Shown here: piece after piece, positions 10,601 to 25,600 of the stretch
Layout: the number at the start of each line of letters is the position of its first letter
Position numbering within the stretch: position 1 is the stretch's first letter
NCBI GenBank assembly: GCA_026770705.1
Contig: JANJGN010000010.1
Span: forward strand, 91,822,001 to 91,886,000
From: Isurus oxyrinchus
Lineage: Eukaryota
Length of the DNA: 64,000 nucleotides
Direction: 5' to 3'
Program-made: the position numbers and the translations under genes
The notes under the pieces: generated by a model
Told to the model about the DNA's origin: nothing
Database searches by the model: none
Seen by the model: only the letters and a program-made list of their open reading frames with translations

Positions 10601-13600
10601 GACCATTCTGCTAAGGGGTCATCAGATTTTTGTAGTTTTGTGTCATAAATTATCTTACGTTCTTCTTTCCGGTTACTTAAACAAAGATGTGTCAAACAAT
10701 CTTCATTCTGCTTTAAATTCATTATAGTTTTCATTCTTCTTTTCCAGAGAAACCTACCGACTACACTCCACCAGGTAAAAAATACATGCTAGTCAGTGAC
10801 TATCTTTGATCTCCTGTCCAGGCTTCCAGTGTATCCAACTTTAAAATGCTGGCAATGGGGAGGTTATGAGAAATCTGAACCCCTGAGGCAAAGTAAGTTC
10901 AAATCCCACTCCAGGACAAAGAAGTCAAATAAATAAAAACATATGGACTGGTCATCTAGTATTGAGTTCGTCCATGGAGTCAACAAAGACGCACCCAGCC
11001 CAGTGGACGCTGTAAATTTCATCTCACTACCATCTGGCGACTTGTGCCAAAATTGAGAGAGATGCCCCACAGATTAATCACACAACAGGTTGAGTCATAG
11101 TCACACTCACAGAATGCTAGATTTCAGCCAACATCCCAGACTCCTCCATCACCATTCCTGAGTATATCCTGTCAACAGGCAAGTAGACTCACCAGCCCTG
11201 TGGTGTCAAGTCACTCGAGCCTTTTCTGCAAACTTCAATTTCTGTTGCTGGAATGTTCGGCCATTCTGACAAGCGGGCATCAGCTGTCATTCTGTGGATG
11301 TAACTATGTCTGACTATGTGTGACAAATCTGTGGGTCAGCGCTCTCAATTTTTGTAACAAATTGTTTTTTTTTGTTAACGTACTGTTCGTCAAACAAACT
11401 CCAGTCAGTATAGATTAAAGTTTTGATTCTTCTTTTTCTGATGAACCTAACGGCTACTACCAACCAGGCATGAATACACCTGCTAGTGAGAGACTATCTT
11501 TGATTTCCTGCTATTTTGACCCAGGCCCCGTTTTCAATGCATTGAAATTTGAGTGTCAGCTGTGGCCTAGTTGGCAGAAAAACTGCCACTGGGTCAAAGT
11601 TTATAATTTTAAATTTCATTCCAGGATTTGAGCACAGGGATCTGTGTGACACTCCAGTGCAGTACTGAGGGAGGGTTGCACTGTGGAGGTGATGCCTTTT
11701 GAATGAATAGTGGAAGCGAGGCCCTGTCTACGCCCTCAGGATGACATAACAAGGCATTATTTTGGGATAGAACTGATTGGCTACTTGCAAGACCTGGCGT
11801 ATTTTTGCCTCAATAAACATGACAAAAACAGATTATCTTTTCATGATCACATTGCTATTCATGCAAGTTTCCGTGCTGTGTTCCTCACCGCAGGTCGACA
11901 TCTATAACCCCCAGCACTATTTCAGAAAAGAGTAGAGCCGTTATTCTCCATATCTCGGTTAATATTTATCCCTCAATTAACGTCACAAAAACAGATTACC
12001 TGGTAATCGTTACTTGGCTGTTTGTGGGAATTTCCTGTGTGCTAATTGGCTGTTGTTTTTCCTAAATTAAAAAGTGCTGTCATTTGAAACGCACTTCATT
12101 GGCTTTAAAGTACTGTGTGACTACATTGGCCAAGGAAGGTGAAATATAAATTTATACTTTTCTTTTTCATTGATGTTATTCCTGAACATTTGGAGTGCTG
12201 CATAATCCCTCGGTCTCAGACGATCATTACACTTCCTCTACCTGGTCCGATGTGCATTGGTGTTTACACAATTATTGACATGAGCTGACTTCCTGACAAC
12301 ATACAGGTCAGCTGGACAGTGTAAATAGACAGTGTTTGTATTCTGAGATCTGGCATTATACTACCACTGGATGATGGACCATCTTCTGACACTTGGAAGA
12401 CAATGACACGATTTGTTTTCTCACAATTGTATAGTGAATTACATTCACACTCATTTGAGAACCAAATGACAGTTTAAGCTGCTTTTCTGGGAGCTCCGTT
12501 TTTGCCAAAACTGTGGCGAGTGATCAGTGCGGCCCAGTGGACATTCATGGGCAATAACATTGACCAATGCTTATTATGTTAATTAGAAACTCTCACTGAT
12601 TCAATTCTGGGATCGCTATTTTCTCTCAAACTGAGGTGAGGGATTACTGGTGGCACAGTGGAATTTCGCACTCAATGACATTGACCAGTGCTCCAGAATT
12701 AAATCAGTGAGAGATTCTAATAAATGTGTGATTTGAACCATTTATTTTGCAATTTTGATCAGAATCAATCTTGGGTCAGTTTGGCATCCATTTGGCATCA
12801 ACATAGCAGCCAGTGTGCTCCACAAATCTACAGGATTAGTGCATTAAGATACTTGAGCCTATTCCTCAACCTCCACATGCTCAAATGTTCGACCATTCTG
12901 CTAAGGGGTCATCAGATTTTTGCAGTTTTGTGTCATAAATTATCTTACATTCTCCCTTCTGGTTATTTAAACAAAGATATGTCAAACAATCTTCATTCTG
13001 CTTTAAATTCATTATAGTTTACATTCTTCTTTTCCAGAGAAACCTACTGACTACTCTCCACCAGGTAAAAAGTACATTCTAGTCAGTAACTATCTTTGAT
13101 CTCCTGACATTTGGATTCCTGTCCAGGCTTCCAGTGTATCCAACTTTAAAATGCCAGCAATGGGCAGGATATGAGAAATCCGGCCCCTGAGGCTATATAA
13201 GTTCAAATCCCACTCCAGAACAAACAGGTCCAATAAGTGAAAATAAACGGACAGGTCATCTGGTATTGAGCTCGCCCATGGAGTCAACAAAGATGCACCC
13301 AGCCCAGGGGATGTTGTAAAGTTCATCTCACTACCATCTGGCGACTTGTGCCAAAATTGAGAGAACTGCCGCACAGATTAGTCACACAACAGGTTGAGAC
13401 ATAGTCACACTCACAGAATCCTAGATTTCAGCCAACATCCCAGACTCTTCCATCACCATTCCTGAGTATGTCCCATCAACAAGCAGGTAGACCCACCAGC
13501 CCAGTGGTATCAAGTCACTCGAGCCTGTTCCGCAAACTTCAGTTTCTTTTACTGGCATGTTCGGCCATTCTGACAAGCGGGCATCAGCTGTCATTCTGTG

Positions 13601-16600
13601 AATGTAACCATGTGTCAACCTTTGGTGTGACTAATCTGTGGGTCAGCTCTCTCAATTTTGGCATAAGTCACTAGTTTTGTATCAAATTGTTTCTTTTTTT
13701 TTGTTAACGTACAAACATCCTCCTGTCGGTATAGATTAAAGTTTTAATTCTTCTTCTTTAGATGAACCTACCGTCCACAATCCACCAGGCAAGTATACAC
13801 CTGCTAGTGAGTGACTATCTTTGATTTCCTGCTATTTTGACCCAGGCCCCGTTTTCAATGCATCGAAATTTGAGTGTCAGCTGTGGCCGAGTTGGCAGAA
13901 AAGCTGCCACTGGGGCAAAGTTTATCATTTTAAATTTCACTCCATCATTTGAGCACAGCGATCTGGGTGACACTCCAGTGCAGTACTGAGGGAGGGTTGC
14001 ACTGTGGAGGTGATGTCTTTTGCATGAATACTGGAAGAGCGGGCCTGTCTACGCCCTCAGTATGACAGAACAAGGCATTATTTTGGGAGAGAACTGATGG
14101 GCTATTTGCAGAGTCTTGCTGTATTTATGCCTCAATACACATGACAAAAACGGATTATCCTTTCATGACACATTGCTATTCATGCAAGGTGCAGGGCTGT
14201 ATTCCTCATCGCAGGTCGACATCTATAACCCCCAGCACTATTTCAGAAAAGAGTAGAGCTGTTATTCTCCATATCTCGGTTAATATTTATCCCTTAATCA
14301 ACGTCACAAAAACAGATTACCTGGTAATCATTACTTGTCTGTTTGTGGGAATTTCCTGTGTGCTAATTGGCTGTTGTTTTTCCTAAATTCCAAAAGTGCT
14401 GTCATTTGAAACGCACTTCATTGGCTTTAAAGTACTGTGTGACTACATTGGCCAAGTAAGGTCAAATATAAATTTGTACCTTTTTCATTGATGTTATTCC
14501 TGAACATTTGGAGTGCTGCATAATCCCTCGCACTCAGACGATCATTACACTTCCTCTACCTGGTCCAATGTGCATTGGTTTTTACACAATTATTGACATG
14601 ACCTGACCTCCTGAAAACATACAGGTCAGCTGGGCAATGTAAATGGACAGTGTTTGTATTCTGAGATCTGGCGCTATACGGCCACTGGATGATCGACCAT
14701 CTCCTGACACTTGGAAAGCAATGACACGATTTGTTTTTTAACAATTGTATAGTGAATTACATTCACACTTGTATGAGAACCAAATGATGGTTCAAGCTGC
14801 TTTTCTGGGAGCTCCGTTTTTGCCAAAACTGTGGCGAGTGATCAGTGCGGCCCAGTGGACATTCATGGGCAATAGCAGTGTCCAATGCTTATTATGTTAA
14901 TTAGAAACGATCACTGATTCAATTCTGGGATCGCTTTTTTCTCTCAAATTGAGGTGAGGGATTACCGGTGGCACAGTGGAATTTCGCAGTTAATGGCTTG
15001 ACCAGTGCCCCAGAATTTAATCAGTGTGAGATTCTAATAAATATGTGATTTGAACTATTTATTTTGCAATTTTGATCAGAATCAATCTTGGGTCAGGTTG
15101 GCATCCATTTGGCATCAACATAGCAGCCAGTGTGCTCCACAAATCTACAGGATTAGTGCATTAAGACACTTGAGCCTATTCCTCAACCTCCACATGCTCA
15201 AATGTTCCAGCATTCTTCTAAGGGGTCATCAGATTTTTGCAGTTTTGTGTCATAAATTATCTTACGTTCTTCTTTCCGGTTATTTAAACAAAGATGTGTC
15301 AATCTTCATTCTGTTTTAAATTCATTATAGTTTACATTCCTCTTTTCCAGAGAAACCTACTGACTACTCTCCACCAGGTAAAAAGTACATGCTAGTCAGT
15401 GAGTATCTTTGATCTCCTGACATTTGGATTCCTGTCCAGGCTTCCAGTATATCCACCTTTAAAATGCCAGCAATGGGCAGGATATGAGAAATCCGGCCCC
15501 TGAGGCTATATAAGTTCAAATCCCACTCCAGAACAAACAAGTCAAATAAGTGAAAATAAACGGACAGGTCATCTGGTATTGAGCTCGCCCATGGAGTCAA
15601 CAAAGACGCACCCAGCCCAGGGGATGTTGTAAAGTTCATCTCACTACCATCTGGCGACTTGTGCCAAAATTGAGAGAACTGCCGCACAGATTAGTCACAC
15701 AACAGGTTGAGACATAGTCACACTCACAGAATCCTAGATTTCAGCCAACATCCCAGACTCCTCCATCACCATTCCTGAGTATGTCCCATCAACAAGCAGG
15801 TAGACCCACCAGCCCAGTGGTATCAAGTCATTCGAGCCTGTACCGCAAAGTTCAGTTTCTTTTGCTGGAATGTTCGGCCATTCTGACAAGCGGGCATCAG
15901 CTGTCATTCTGTGAATGTAAGCATGTGTCAACCTTTGGTGTGACTAATGTTTGGGTCAGCTCTCTCAATTTTGGCACAAGTCACCAGTTTTGTATCAAAT
16001 TGTTTCTTTTTATTTGTTAACATACACACAACCTCCAGTCGGTATTGATTTAAGTTTTAATTCTTCTTTAGATGAACCTACCGTCTACAATCCACCAGGC
16101 AAGTTTCCTCCTGCTAGTGGGTGACTATCTTTGATTTCCTGCTATTTTGACCCAGGCCCCATTTTCAATGCATCGAAATTTGAGTGTCAGCTGTGGCCTA
16201 GTTGGCAGAAAAGCTGCCACTGGGGCAAAGTTTATCATTTTAAATTTCACTCCAGCATTTGAGCACAGCGATCTGGGTGACACTCCAGTGCAGTACTGAG
16301 GGAGAGTTGCACTGTGGAGGTGATGTCTTTTGCATGAATACTGGAAGTGCGGGCCTGTCTACACCCTCAGGATGGCATAACAAGGCATTATTTTGGGATA
16401 GAACTGATGGGCTATTTGCAGAGTCTTGCTGTATTTTTGCCTCAATACACATGACAAAAATGGATTATCTCTTCATGATCACATTGCTATTCATGCAAGG
16501 TGCAGTGCTGTATTCCTGATCGGAGGTCGACATCTATAACCCCCAGCACTATTTCAGAAAAGAGTAGAGCTGTTATTCTCCATATCTCAGTTAATATTTA

Positions 16601-19600
16601 TCCCTTAATCAGCGTCACAAAAACAGATTAGCTGGTAATCATTACTTGTCTGTTTGTGGGAATTTCCTGTGTGCTAATTGGCTGTTGTTTTTCCTAAATT
16701 ACAAAAGTGGTATCATTTAAATGCACTTCATTGGCTTTATAGTACAGTGTCACAACATTGGTCAGGTAAAGTGAAATATAAATTTATACCTTTCTTTTCC
16801 ATTGATGTTATTCCTCAATATTTGAAGTGCTGCATAATCCCTCGCTCTCAGATGATCATTGCATTTCCTCTACCTGGTCCAATGTTCATAGCTGTTTACA
16901 CAATTATTGACATGAGCTGACCTCCTGACAACACACAGGTCAGCTGGACTGTGTATATGGGCAGTGTTTGTATTCTGAGATCTGGCGTTATACGGCCACT
17001 GGATGATCGACCATCTTCTGACACTTGGAAGGCAATGACACGATTTGTTTGTTTACAATTGTATAGTGAATTACATTCACGCTTATATGAGAACCAAATG
17101 ACAGTTTACGCAGCTTCTCTGGGAGCCTGTTTCTGCCAAAACTATGGCGAGTGATCAGTGCGGCCCAGTGGACATTCATTGGCAATAACATTGACCAATG
17201 CTTATTATGTTTATTACAATCTCTCACTGATTCAGTTCCGGGATCTCTATTTTCTCTCAAATTGAGGTGAGGGATTACTGGTGGCACAGTGGAATTTCGC
17301 AGTCAATGACGTTGACCAGTGCCCCAGAATTAAATCATTGAGAGATTCTAATAAATGTGTAATTTGAACCATTTATTTTGCAATTTTGATCAGAATCAAT
17401 CTTGGGTCAGTTTGGCATCCATTTGGCATCAACATAGCAGCCAGTGTGCTCCACGAATCTACAAGATTAGTGCATTAAGACACTTGAGCCTCTTCCTCAG
17501 CCTCCAGTTGCTCAAATGTTCGACCATTCTGCTAAGGGGTCATCAGATTTTTGCAGTTTTGTGTCTTAAATTATCTTACGTTCTTCTTTCCGGTTATTTA
17601 AACAAAGATATGTCAAATAATCTTCATTCTGCTTTAAATTCATTATAGTTTTCATTCTTCTTTTCCAGAGATGCCAACAGACTACTCTCCACCAGGTAAA
17701 AAAATACATGCTAGTCAGTGACTATCTTTGATCTCCTGATATTTGGACTCCAGGACAAATAAGTCAAATAAGTAAAAATATCTGGACTGGTCATCTGGTA
17801 TTGAGCTCAGCCATGGAGTCAACAAAGGCGCACCCAGCCCAGGGGACGCTGTAAAGTTCATCTCACTACCATCTGGCGACTTGTGCCAAAATTGAGGGAG
17901 CTGCCCCACAGATTAGTCACACAACAGGTTGAGTCATAGTCACACTCACAGAATGCTAGATTTCAGCCAACATCCCAGACTCCTCCATCAACATTCCTGA
18001 GTATATCCTGTCAACAAGCAGGTAGACCCACCAGCCCTGTGGTATCAAGTCACTCGAGCCTTTTCTGCAAACTTCAATTTCTGTTGCTGGAATGTTCGGC
18101 CATTCTGACAAGCGGGCATCAGCTGTCATTCTGTGAATGTAACTATGTCTCAAGTTTTTGTGTGACTAATCTGTAGGTCAGCTCTCTCAATTTTGGCACA
18201 AGTCACCAGTTTTGTAAAAATTGTTTTTGTTTTTTGTTAGTGTACTGTTCGTCAAACAACCTTCAGTCTGTATAGATTAAAGTTTTAATTCTTCTTTTTT
18301 GGATGAACCTACTGTTCACTATCCACCAGGCAAGAATACACCTGCTAGTGAGTGACTTTCCTAAATTACAAAAGTGCTATTATTTGAAACGCACTTCATT
18401 GGCTTTATAGAAGTGTGTGACTACATTGGTCAGGTAAAGTGAAATATAAATATATACCTTTCTTTCTCATTGATGTTATTCCTGAATATTTGGAGTGCTG
18501 CATAACTGCTCGCTCTCGGATGATTATTACATTTCTTCTACCTGGTCCAATGTGCATTGGTGCCTACACAATTATAGACATGCTCTGACCTGACAACACA
18601 CAGGTCAGCTGGATTGTGTAAAGGAACAGTGTTTGTATTCTGAAATCTGGCGTTATACTGCCACTGGATGATCGACCATCTTCTGACACTTGGAAGGCAA
18701 TGACACGATTTGTTTTTTTACAATTGTAGAGTGAATTACTTTCACGCTTGTATGAGAACCAAATGACAGTTTATGCAGCTTCTCTGGGAGCTCTGTTTCT
18801 GCCAAAACTATGGCGAGTGATCAGTGCCGCCCAGTGGAAATTCATGGGCAATAACATTGACCAATGCTTATTATGTTTTTTAGAATCTCTCACTGATTCA
18901 ATGCTGGGATCTCTATTTTCTCTCAAATTGAGTTGAGGCATTACTGGTGGCACAGTGGAATTTCGCAGACAATGACATTGACCAGTGCCCCAGAATTAAA
19001 TCAGTGAGAGATTCTAATAAATGTGTAATTTGAACCATTTATTTTGCAATTTTGATCAGAATCAATCTTGGGTCAGTTTGGCATCCATTTGGCATCAACA
19101 TAGCAGCCAGTGTGCTCCACAAATCTACAAGATTAGTGCATTAAGACACTTGAGCCTCTTCCTCAGCCTCCAGTTGCTCCAATGTTCGACCATTCTGCTA
19201 AGGGGTCATCAGATTTTTGCAATTTTGTGTCATAAATTATCTTACGTTCTTCTTTCCGGTTATTTAAACAAAGATATGTCAAACAATCTTCATTCTGCTT
19301 TAAATTCATTATAGTTTTCATTCTTCTTTTCCAGAGATGCCAACAGACTACTCTCCACCAGGTAAAAAAATACATGCTAGTCAGTGACTATCTTTGATCT
19401 CCTGATATTTGGACTCCAGGACAAATAAGTCAAATAAGTAAAAATATCTGGACTGGTCATCTGGTATTGAGCTCAGCCATGGAGTCAACAAAGGCGCACC
19501 CAGCCTAGGGGACGCTGTAAAGTTCATCTCACCACCATCTGGCGACTTGTGCCAAAATTGAGAGAACTGCCTCACAGATTAGTCACACAAAAGGTTGAGT

Positions 19601-22600
19601 CATAGTCACACTCACAGAATCCTAGATTTCAGCCAACATCCCAGACTCCTCCATCACCATTCCTGAGTATATCCTGTCAACAAGCAGGTAGACCCACCAG
19701 CCCTGTGGTGTCAAGTCAGGCGAGCCTTTTCTGCAAACGTCAATTTCTGTTGCTGGAATGTTCGGCCATTCTGACAAGCGCGCATCAGATGTCATTCTGT
19801 GAATGTAACTATGTCTCAAGCTTTTGTGTGACAAATCTGTGGGTCAGCGCTCTCAATTTTTGTATCAAATTGTTTCTTTTTTTTTGTGAACGTACTGTTC
19901 GTCAAACGAACTCCAGTCAGTATAGATTAAAGTTTTGATTCTTCTTTTTCTGAAGAACCTAACGTCTACTATCCACCAGGCATGAATCCACCTGCTAGTG
20001 AGTGACTATCTTTGATTTCCTGCTATTTTGCTGCTGGCCCCGTTTTCATTGCTTCGAAATTTGAGTGTCAGCTGTGGCCTAGTTGGCAGAAAAGCTGCCA
20101 CTGGGGCAAAGTTTATAATTTTAAATTTCACTCCAGCATTTGAGCACAGCGATCTGGGTGACACTCCAGTGCTGTACTGAGGGAGGGTTGCACTGTGGAG
20201 GTGATGTCTTTTGCATGAATACTGGAAGCGAGGCCCTGTCTACACCCTCAGGATGACATAACAAGGCATTATTTTGGGATAGAACTGATTGGCTATTTGC
20301 CGAGTCTTGCTGTATTTATGCCTCAATACACATGACAAAAACAGATTATCTTTTCATGATCACATTGCTATTCATGCAAGTTGCTGTGCTGTATTCCTCA
20401 TCGCAGGTCGACATCTATAACCCCCAGCACAATTTGAGAAAAGAGTAGAGCCGTTATTCTCCATATCTCGGTTAATATTTATCCCTCAATTAACGTCACA
20501 AAAACAGATTACCTAGTAATCGTTACTTGGCTGTTTGTGGGAATTTCCTGTGTGCTAATTGGCTGTTGTTTTTCCTAAATTACAAAAGTGCTGTCATTGA
20601 AACGCACTTCATTGGCTTTAAAGTACTGTGTGACTACATTGTCCAAGTAAGGTGAAATATAAATTTATACCTTCCTTTTTCATTGATGTTATTCCTGAAC
20701 ATTTGAAGTGCTGCATAATCCCTCGCTCTCGTATGATCATTACACTTCCTCTACCTGGTCCAGTGTGCATTGGTGTTTACACAATTATTGACATGAGCTG
20801 ACCTCCTGACAACATACAGGTCAGCTGGACTGTGTAAATAGACAGTGTTTGCATTCTGAGATCTGGTATTATACTGCCACTGGATGATCGACCATCTTCT
20901 GACACTTGGATTTGTTTTTTACAATTGTATAGTGAATTATATTCGCACTCGTATGAGAACCAAATGATGGTTTACGCAGCTTCTCTGGGAGCTCTGTTTC
21001 TGCCAAAACAATGGCGAGTGATCAGTGCGGCCCAGTGGACATTCATTGGCAATAACATTGACCAATGTTTATTATGTTTATTAGAAGCTCTCACTGATTC
21101 AATTCTGGGATCTCTATTTTCTCTCAAATTGAGTTGAGGGATTGCTGGTGGCACAGTGGAATTTCACAGTCAATGACGTTGACCAGTGCCCCAGAATTAA
21201 ATCAGTGAGAGATTCTAATAAATGTGTAATTTGAACCATTTATTTTGTAATTTTGATCAGAATCAATCTTGGGTCAGTTTGGCATCCATTTGGCATCAAC
21301 ATAGCAGCCAGTGTGCTCCACAAATCTATAAGATTAGTGAATTAAGACACTTGAGCCTGTTCCTCAACCTCCAGTTGCTCAAATGTTCGAGCATTCTGCT
21401 AAGGGGTCATCAGATTTTTGCAGTTTTGTGTCATAAATTATCTTACGTTCTTCCTTCCGGTTATTTAAACAAAGATATGTCAAACAATCTTCATTCTGTT
21501 TTAAATTCATTATAGTTTTCATTCTTCTCTTCCAGAGAAACCTACCGACTACTCTCCACCAGGTAAAAAGAACATGCTAGTCAGTGACTATCTTTGATCT
21601 CCTGACATTTGGACTCCTGTCCAGGCTTCCAGTGTATCCAACTTTAAAATGCCAGCAATGGGCAGGATATGAGATATCTGGCCCCTGAGGCTATATAAGT
21701 TCAAATCCCACTCCAGGACAAACAAGTCAAATAAGTGAAAATAAACGGACAGGTCATCTGGTATTGAGCTCGCCCATGGAGTCAACAAAGACGCATCCAG
21801 CCCAGGGGATGTTGTAAAGTTCATCTCACTACCATCTGGCGACTTGTGCCAAAATTGAGAGAGCTGCCACACAGATTAGTCACACAACAGGTTGAGACGT
21901 AGTCACACTCACAGAATCCTAGATTTCAGCCAACATCCCAGACTCCTCCATCACCATTCCTGAGTATGTCCCATCAACAAGCAGGTAGACCCACCAGCCC
22001 AGTGGTATCAAGTCACTCGAGCCTGTTCCGCAAACTTCAGTTTCTGTTGCTGGAATGTTCGGCCATTCTGACAAGCGGGCATCAGCTGTCATTCTGTGAA
22101 TGTAACCATGTGTCAACATTTGGTGTGACTAATCTGTGTGTCAGCTCTCTCAATTTTGGCACAAGTCACCAGATTTGTTTCAAATTGTTTCTTTTTTAAC
22201 GTACACACAACCTCCAGTCGGAATAGATTAAAGTTTTAATTCTTCTTCTTCAGATGAACCTACCGTCTACTATCCACCTGGCAAGTATACACCTGCTAGT
22301 GAGTGACTATCTTTGATTTCCTGCTATTTTGACCCAGGCCCCGTTTTCAATGCATCAAAATTTGAGTGTCAGCTGTGGCCGAGTTGGCAGAAAGGCTGCC
22401 ACTGGGGCAAAGTTTATCATTTTAAATTTCACTCCAGCATTTGAGCACAGCGATCTGGGTGACACTCCAGTGCAGTACTGAGGGAGAGTTGCACTGTGGA
22501 GGTGATGTCTTTTGCATGAATACTGGAAGTGCGGGCCTGTCTACACCCTCAGGATAACATAACAAGGCATTATTTTGAGGTAGAACTGATGGGCTATTTG

Positions 22601-25600
22601 CAGAGTCTTGCTGTATTTATGCCTCAATACACATGACAAAAACGGATTATCTTTTCATGATCACATTGCTATTCATGCAAGGTGCAGTGCTGTATTCCTG
22701 ATCGCAGGTCGACATCTATAACCCCCAGCACTATTTCAGAAAAGAGTAGAGCTGTTATTCTCCATATCTCGGTTAATATTTATCCCTTAATCAACGTCAC
22801 AAAAACAGATTACCTGGTAATCATTACTTGACTGTTTGTGGGAATTTCCTGTGTGCTAATTGGCTGTTGTTTTTCCTAAATTACAAAAGTGCTGTCATTT
22901 GAAACACAGTTCATTGGCTTTAAAGTACTGTGTGACTACATTGGCCAAGTAAGGTGAAATATAAATTTATACCTTTCTTTTTCATTGATGTTATTCCTGA
23001 ACATTTGAAGTGCTGCATAATCCCTCGCTCTCGTATGATCATTACACTTCCTCTACCTGGTCCAGTGTGCATTGGTGTTTACACAATTATTGACATGAGC
23101 TGACCTCCTGACAACATACAGGTCAGCTGGACTGTGTAAATAGACAGTGTTTGCATTCTGAGATCTGGTATTATACTGCCACTGGATGATCGACCATCTT
23201 CTGACACTTGGATTTGTTTTTTACAATTGTATAGTGAATTATATTCGCACTCGTATGAGAACCAAATGATGGTTTACGCAGCTTCTCTGGGAGCTCTGTT
23301 TCTGCCAAAACAATGGCGAGTGATCAGTGCGGCCCAGTGGACATTCATTGGCAATAACATTGACCAATGTTTATTATGTTTATTAGAAGCTCTCACTGAT
23401 TCAATTCTGGGATCTCTATTTTCTCTCAAATTGAGTTGAGGGATTGCTGGTGGCACAGTGGAATTTCACAGTCAATGACGTTGACCAGTGCCCCTGAATT
23501 AAATCAGTGAGAGATTCTAATAAATGTGTAATTTGAACCATTTATTTTGTAATTTTGATCAGAATCAATCTTGGGTCAGTTTGGCATCCATTTGGCATCA
23601 ACATAGCAGCCAGTGTGCTCCACAAATCTATAAGATTAGTGAATTAAGACACTTGAGCCTGTTCCTCAACCTCCAGTTGCTCAAATGTTCGAGCATTCTG
23701 CTAAGGGGTCATCAGATTTTTGCAGTTTTGTGTCATAAATTATCTTACGTTCTTCCTTCCGGTTATTTAAACAAAGATATGTCAAACAATCTTCATTCTG
23801 TTTTAAATTCATTATAGTTTTCATTCTTCTTTTCCAGAGAAACCTACCGACTACTCTCCACCAGGTAAAAAGAACATGCTAGTCAGTGACTATCTTTGAT
23901 CTCCTGACATTTGGACTCCTGTCCAGGCTTCCAGTGTATCCAACTTTAAAATGCCAGCAATGGGCAGGATATGAGATATCTGGCCCCTGAGGCTATATAA
24001 GTTCAAATCCCACTCCAGGACAAACAAGTCAAATAAGTGAAAATAAACGGACAGGTCATCTGGTATTGAGCTCGCCCATGGAGTCAACAAAGACGCATCC
24101 AGCCCAGGGGATGTTGTAAAGTTCATCTCACTACCATCTGGCGACTTGTGCCAAAATTGAGAGAGCTGCCACACAGATTAGTCACACAACAGGTTGAGAC
24201 GTAGTCACACTCACAGAATCCTAGATTTCAGCCAACATCCCAGACTCCTCCATCACCATTCCTGAGTATGTCCCATCAACAAGCAAGTAGACCCACCAGC
24301 CCAGTGGTATCAAGTCACTCGAGCCTGTTCCGCAAACTTCAGTTTCTGTTGCTGGAATGTTCGGCCATTCTGACAAGCGGGCATCAGCTGTCATTCTGTG
24401 AATGTAACCATGTGTCAACATTTGGTGTGACTAATCTGTGTGTCAGCTCTCTCAATTTTGGCACAAGTCACCAGATTTGTTTCAAATTGTTTCTTTTTTA
24501 ACGTACACACAACCTCCAGTCGGAATAGATTAAAGTTTTAATTCTTCTTCTTCAGATGAACCTACCGTCTACTATCCACCTGGCAAGTATACACCTGCTA
24601 GTGAGTGACTATCTTTGATTTCCTGCTATTTTGACCCAGGCCCCGTTTTCAATGCATCAAAATTTGAGTGTCAGCTGTGGCCTAGTTGGCAGAAAAGCTG
24701 CCACTGGGGCAAAGTTTATCATTTTAAATTTCACTCCAGCATTTGAGCACAGCGATCTGGGTGACACTCCAGTGCAGTACTGAGGGAGAGTTGCACTGTG
24801 GAGGTGATGTCTTTTGCATGAATACTGGAAGTGCGGGCCTGTCTACACCCTCAGGATAACATAACAAGGCATTATTTTGAGGTAGAACTGATGGGCTATT
24901 TGCAGAGTCTTGCTGTATTTATGCCTCAATACACATGACAAAAACGGATTATCTTTTCATGATCACATTGCTATTCATGCAAGGTGCAGTGCTGTATTCC
25001 TGATCGCAGGTCGACATCTATAACCCCCAGCACTGTTTCAGAAAAGAGTAGAGCTGTTATTCTCCATATCTCGGTTAATATTTATCCCTTAATCAACGTC
25101 ACAAAAACAGATTACCTAGTAATCGTTACTTGGCTGTTTGTGGGAATTTCCTGTGTGCTAATTGGCTGTTGTTTTTCCTAAATTACAAAAGTGCTGTCAT
25201 TGAAACGCACTTCATTGGCTTTAAAGTACTGTGTGACTACATTGTCCAAGTAAGGTGAAATATAAATTTATACCTTCCTTTTTCATTGATGTTATTCCTG
25301 AACATTTGAAGTGCTGCATAATCCCTCGCTCTCGTATGATCATTACACTTCCTCTACCTGGTCCAGTGTGCATTGGTGTTTACACAATTATTGACATGAG
25401 CTGACCTCCTGACAACATACAGGTCAGCTGGACTGTGTAAATAGACAGTGTTTGCATTCTGAGATCTGGTATTATACTGCCACTGGATGATCGACCATCT
25501 TCTGACACTTGGATTTGTTTTTTACAATTGTATAGTGAATTATATTCGCACTCGTATGAGAACCAAATGATGGTTTACGCAGCTTCTCTGGGAGCTCTGT

